A DNA stretch of 64,000 nucleotides, from contig CAVSDR010000003.1 of the NCBI GenBank assembly GCA_963726745.1, forward strand, positions 992,001-1,056,000. Reading direction: 5' to 3'. The DNA comes from an uncultured Verrucomicrobiae bacterium. Lineage in GTDB: Bacteria > Verrucomicrobiota > Verrucomicrobiia > Chthoniobacterales > UBA10450. Position numbers and translations under genes: made by a program. The notes beneath the pieces were generated by a model, which was given only the letters and a program-made list of their open reading frames with translations, was not told where the DNA came from and made no database searches. Positions 63,172 through 64,000 of the stretch are shown here, in pieces (within the stretch, counting starts at the first letter, position 1; every line of letters begins with the position of its first letter).

Positions 63172-63878
63172 CCGCCGCCCAGATAGGCCTGCTTGACCTG
63201 CGCGTTCGCCCGCAGCGCGCTCGACTGGTCGGCTAAAATAATCCGCCCGGTCTCGAGCACGTAGCCAAAGTGCGACACTTCCAGGGCGAGGTTGGCGTTC
63301 TGTTCCACCAGGAGAATGGTGATGCCTAACGACTTGTTGATCTCGCTGATCTTTTGGAAGATCGACTTCACCAGGAGCGGGGCGATCCCGAGCGATGGCT
63401 CGTCCAGCATCAGGCAGCGCGGCTTGCTCATCAGCGCGCGACCGATCGCGAGCATCTGCTGTTCGCCGCCAGACAAAGTGCCGGCAACCTGCTTCGCCCG
63501 CTCCTTCAGCCGCGGGAACATCCCGAAGACGAGGTCGAACTCGCTGCCTAACTTCCCGCGATCCTTTCGCAGGTAAGCGCCCATCAGGAGATTTTCGTGC
63601 ACCGTCAGGTTGGCGAAAATCATCCGCCCTTCCGGCACGTGCGAAAGCCCGCGGGCCACGATCCGGTGCGGCGCCTCGTTCGCGATCTCCACCCCTTCGT
63701 AGCGGATCGAGCCGCTCCGCGCTTTCAGCAATCCGGAGATCGCGCGCAAGGTGGTCGACTTCCCGGCGCCGTTCGCCCCGATCAAGGTTACGATCGAGCC
63801 CTGCTCGACCTTGAGCGAGATCTCGTGCAGCGCATTGATCGAGCCGTAGGCGACCGCGAGGTTGGTAAGTTCCAGCAT
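63168..63878 (-). CDS. livF: branched-chain amino acid ABC transporter ATPase
   Basis: GANGAGKST, VPEGR, LSGGEQQM, DEPSLG, VEQN. Confidence 0.92.
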   Translation of the reverse strand: MLELTNLAVAYGSINALHEISLKVEQGSIVTLIGANGAGKSTTLRAISGLLKARSGSIRYEGVEIANEAPHRIVARGLSHVPEGRMIFANLTVHENLLMGAYLRKDRGKLGSEFDLVFGMFPRLKERAKQVAGTLSGGEQQMLAIGRALMSKPRCLMLDEPSLGIAPLLVKSIFQKISEINKSLGITILLVEQNANLALEVSHFGYVLETGRIILADQSSALRANAQVKQAYLGGG

Positions 63879-63884
63879 GACTCG

Positions 63885-64000
63885 TTAGGCAGAAGCGGAT
63901 GCTGCTGGCGGTTCTTCGCCGAGGTAGGCTTCAATCACTTTCGGGTTGGACTGCACTTCCGCGGGCGTGCCCTCGGCGATTTTCTCGCCGTAGTCGAGCA
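63885..64000 (-). CDS. livG: branched-chain amino acid ABC transporter ATPase, C-terminal fragment
   Basis: [27 protein letters not shown], upstream of livF. Confidence 0.85.
   Translation of the reverse strand, partial: LDYGEKIAEGTPAEVQSNPKVIEAYLGEEPPAASASA

Noticed and set aside
6..63814. Many long antisense or alternative-frame ORFs in the track (e.g. 12039-13457, 27002-28696, 31487-33046, 48320-49534, 51262-52719)
   Set aside because: Shadow ORFs opposite well-supported genes, expected at high GC; no recognisable motifs

Overview
High-GC bacterial chromosomal segment, most likely Verrucomicrobiota of the Chthoniobacterales/Spartobacteria type (inferred from a Verru_Chthon-like pilin cassette and a C-terminal 'NLSTR' domain). 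It probably lies near oriC, since two parS-like palindromes sit at and in mnmG. Most genes are housekeeping: argF'-argD-carB, lon, thiG, polX, priA, trxB, mnmG, plsY, gpsA, purN, livFG and tRNA-Thr(TGT). Many ORFs carry single-base frameshifts that look like read or assembly errors. Three observations stand out. (1) A 738-bp unit made of an HUH/Y1 (RAYT-like) transposase domain between two inverted 49-bp double-hairpin REPs is inserted in frame inside carB; removing it restores an uninterrupted CarB frame. (2) The non-palindromic 9-mer GCCTAACGA occurs about 40 times by hand count, on both strands, inside genes, at stop codons and as an inverted pair between convergent genes, which is how a DNA-uptake sequence behaves. 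A second CTA-centred motif, GYYGGCTAWW, occurs about 33 times. (3) A five-gene operon combines a Rab-like small GTPase, an OmpA-domain protein, a coiled-coil protein, a probable pseudokinase and a receiver-metallohydrolase.
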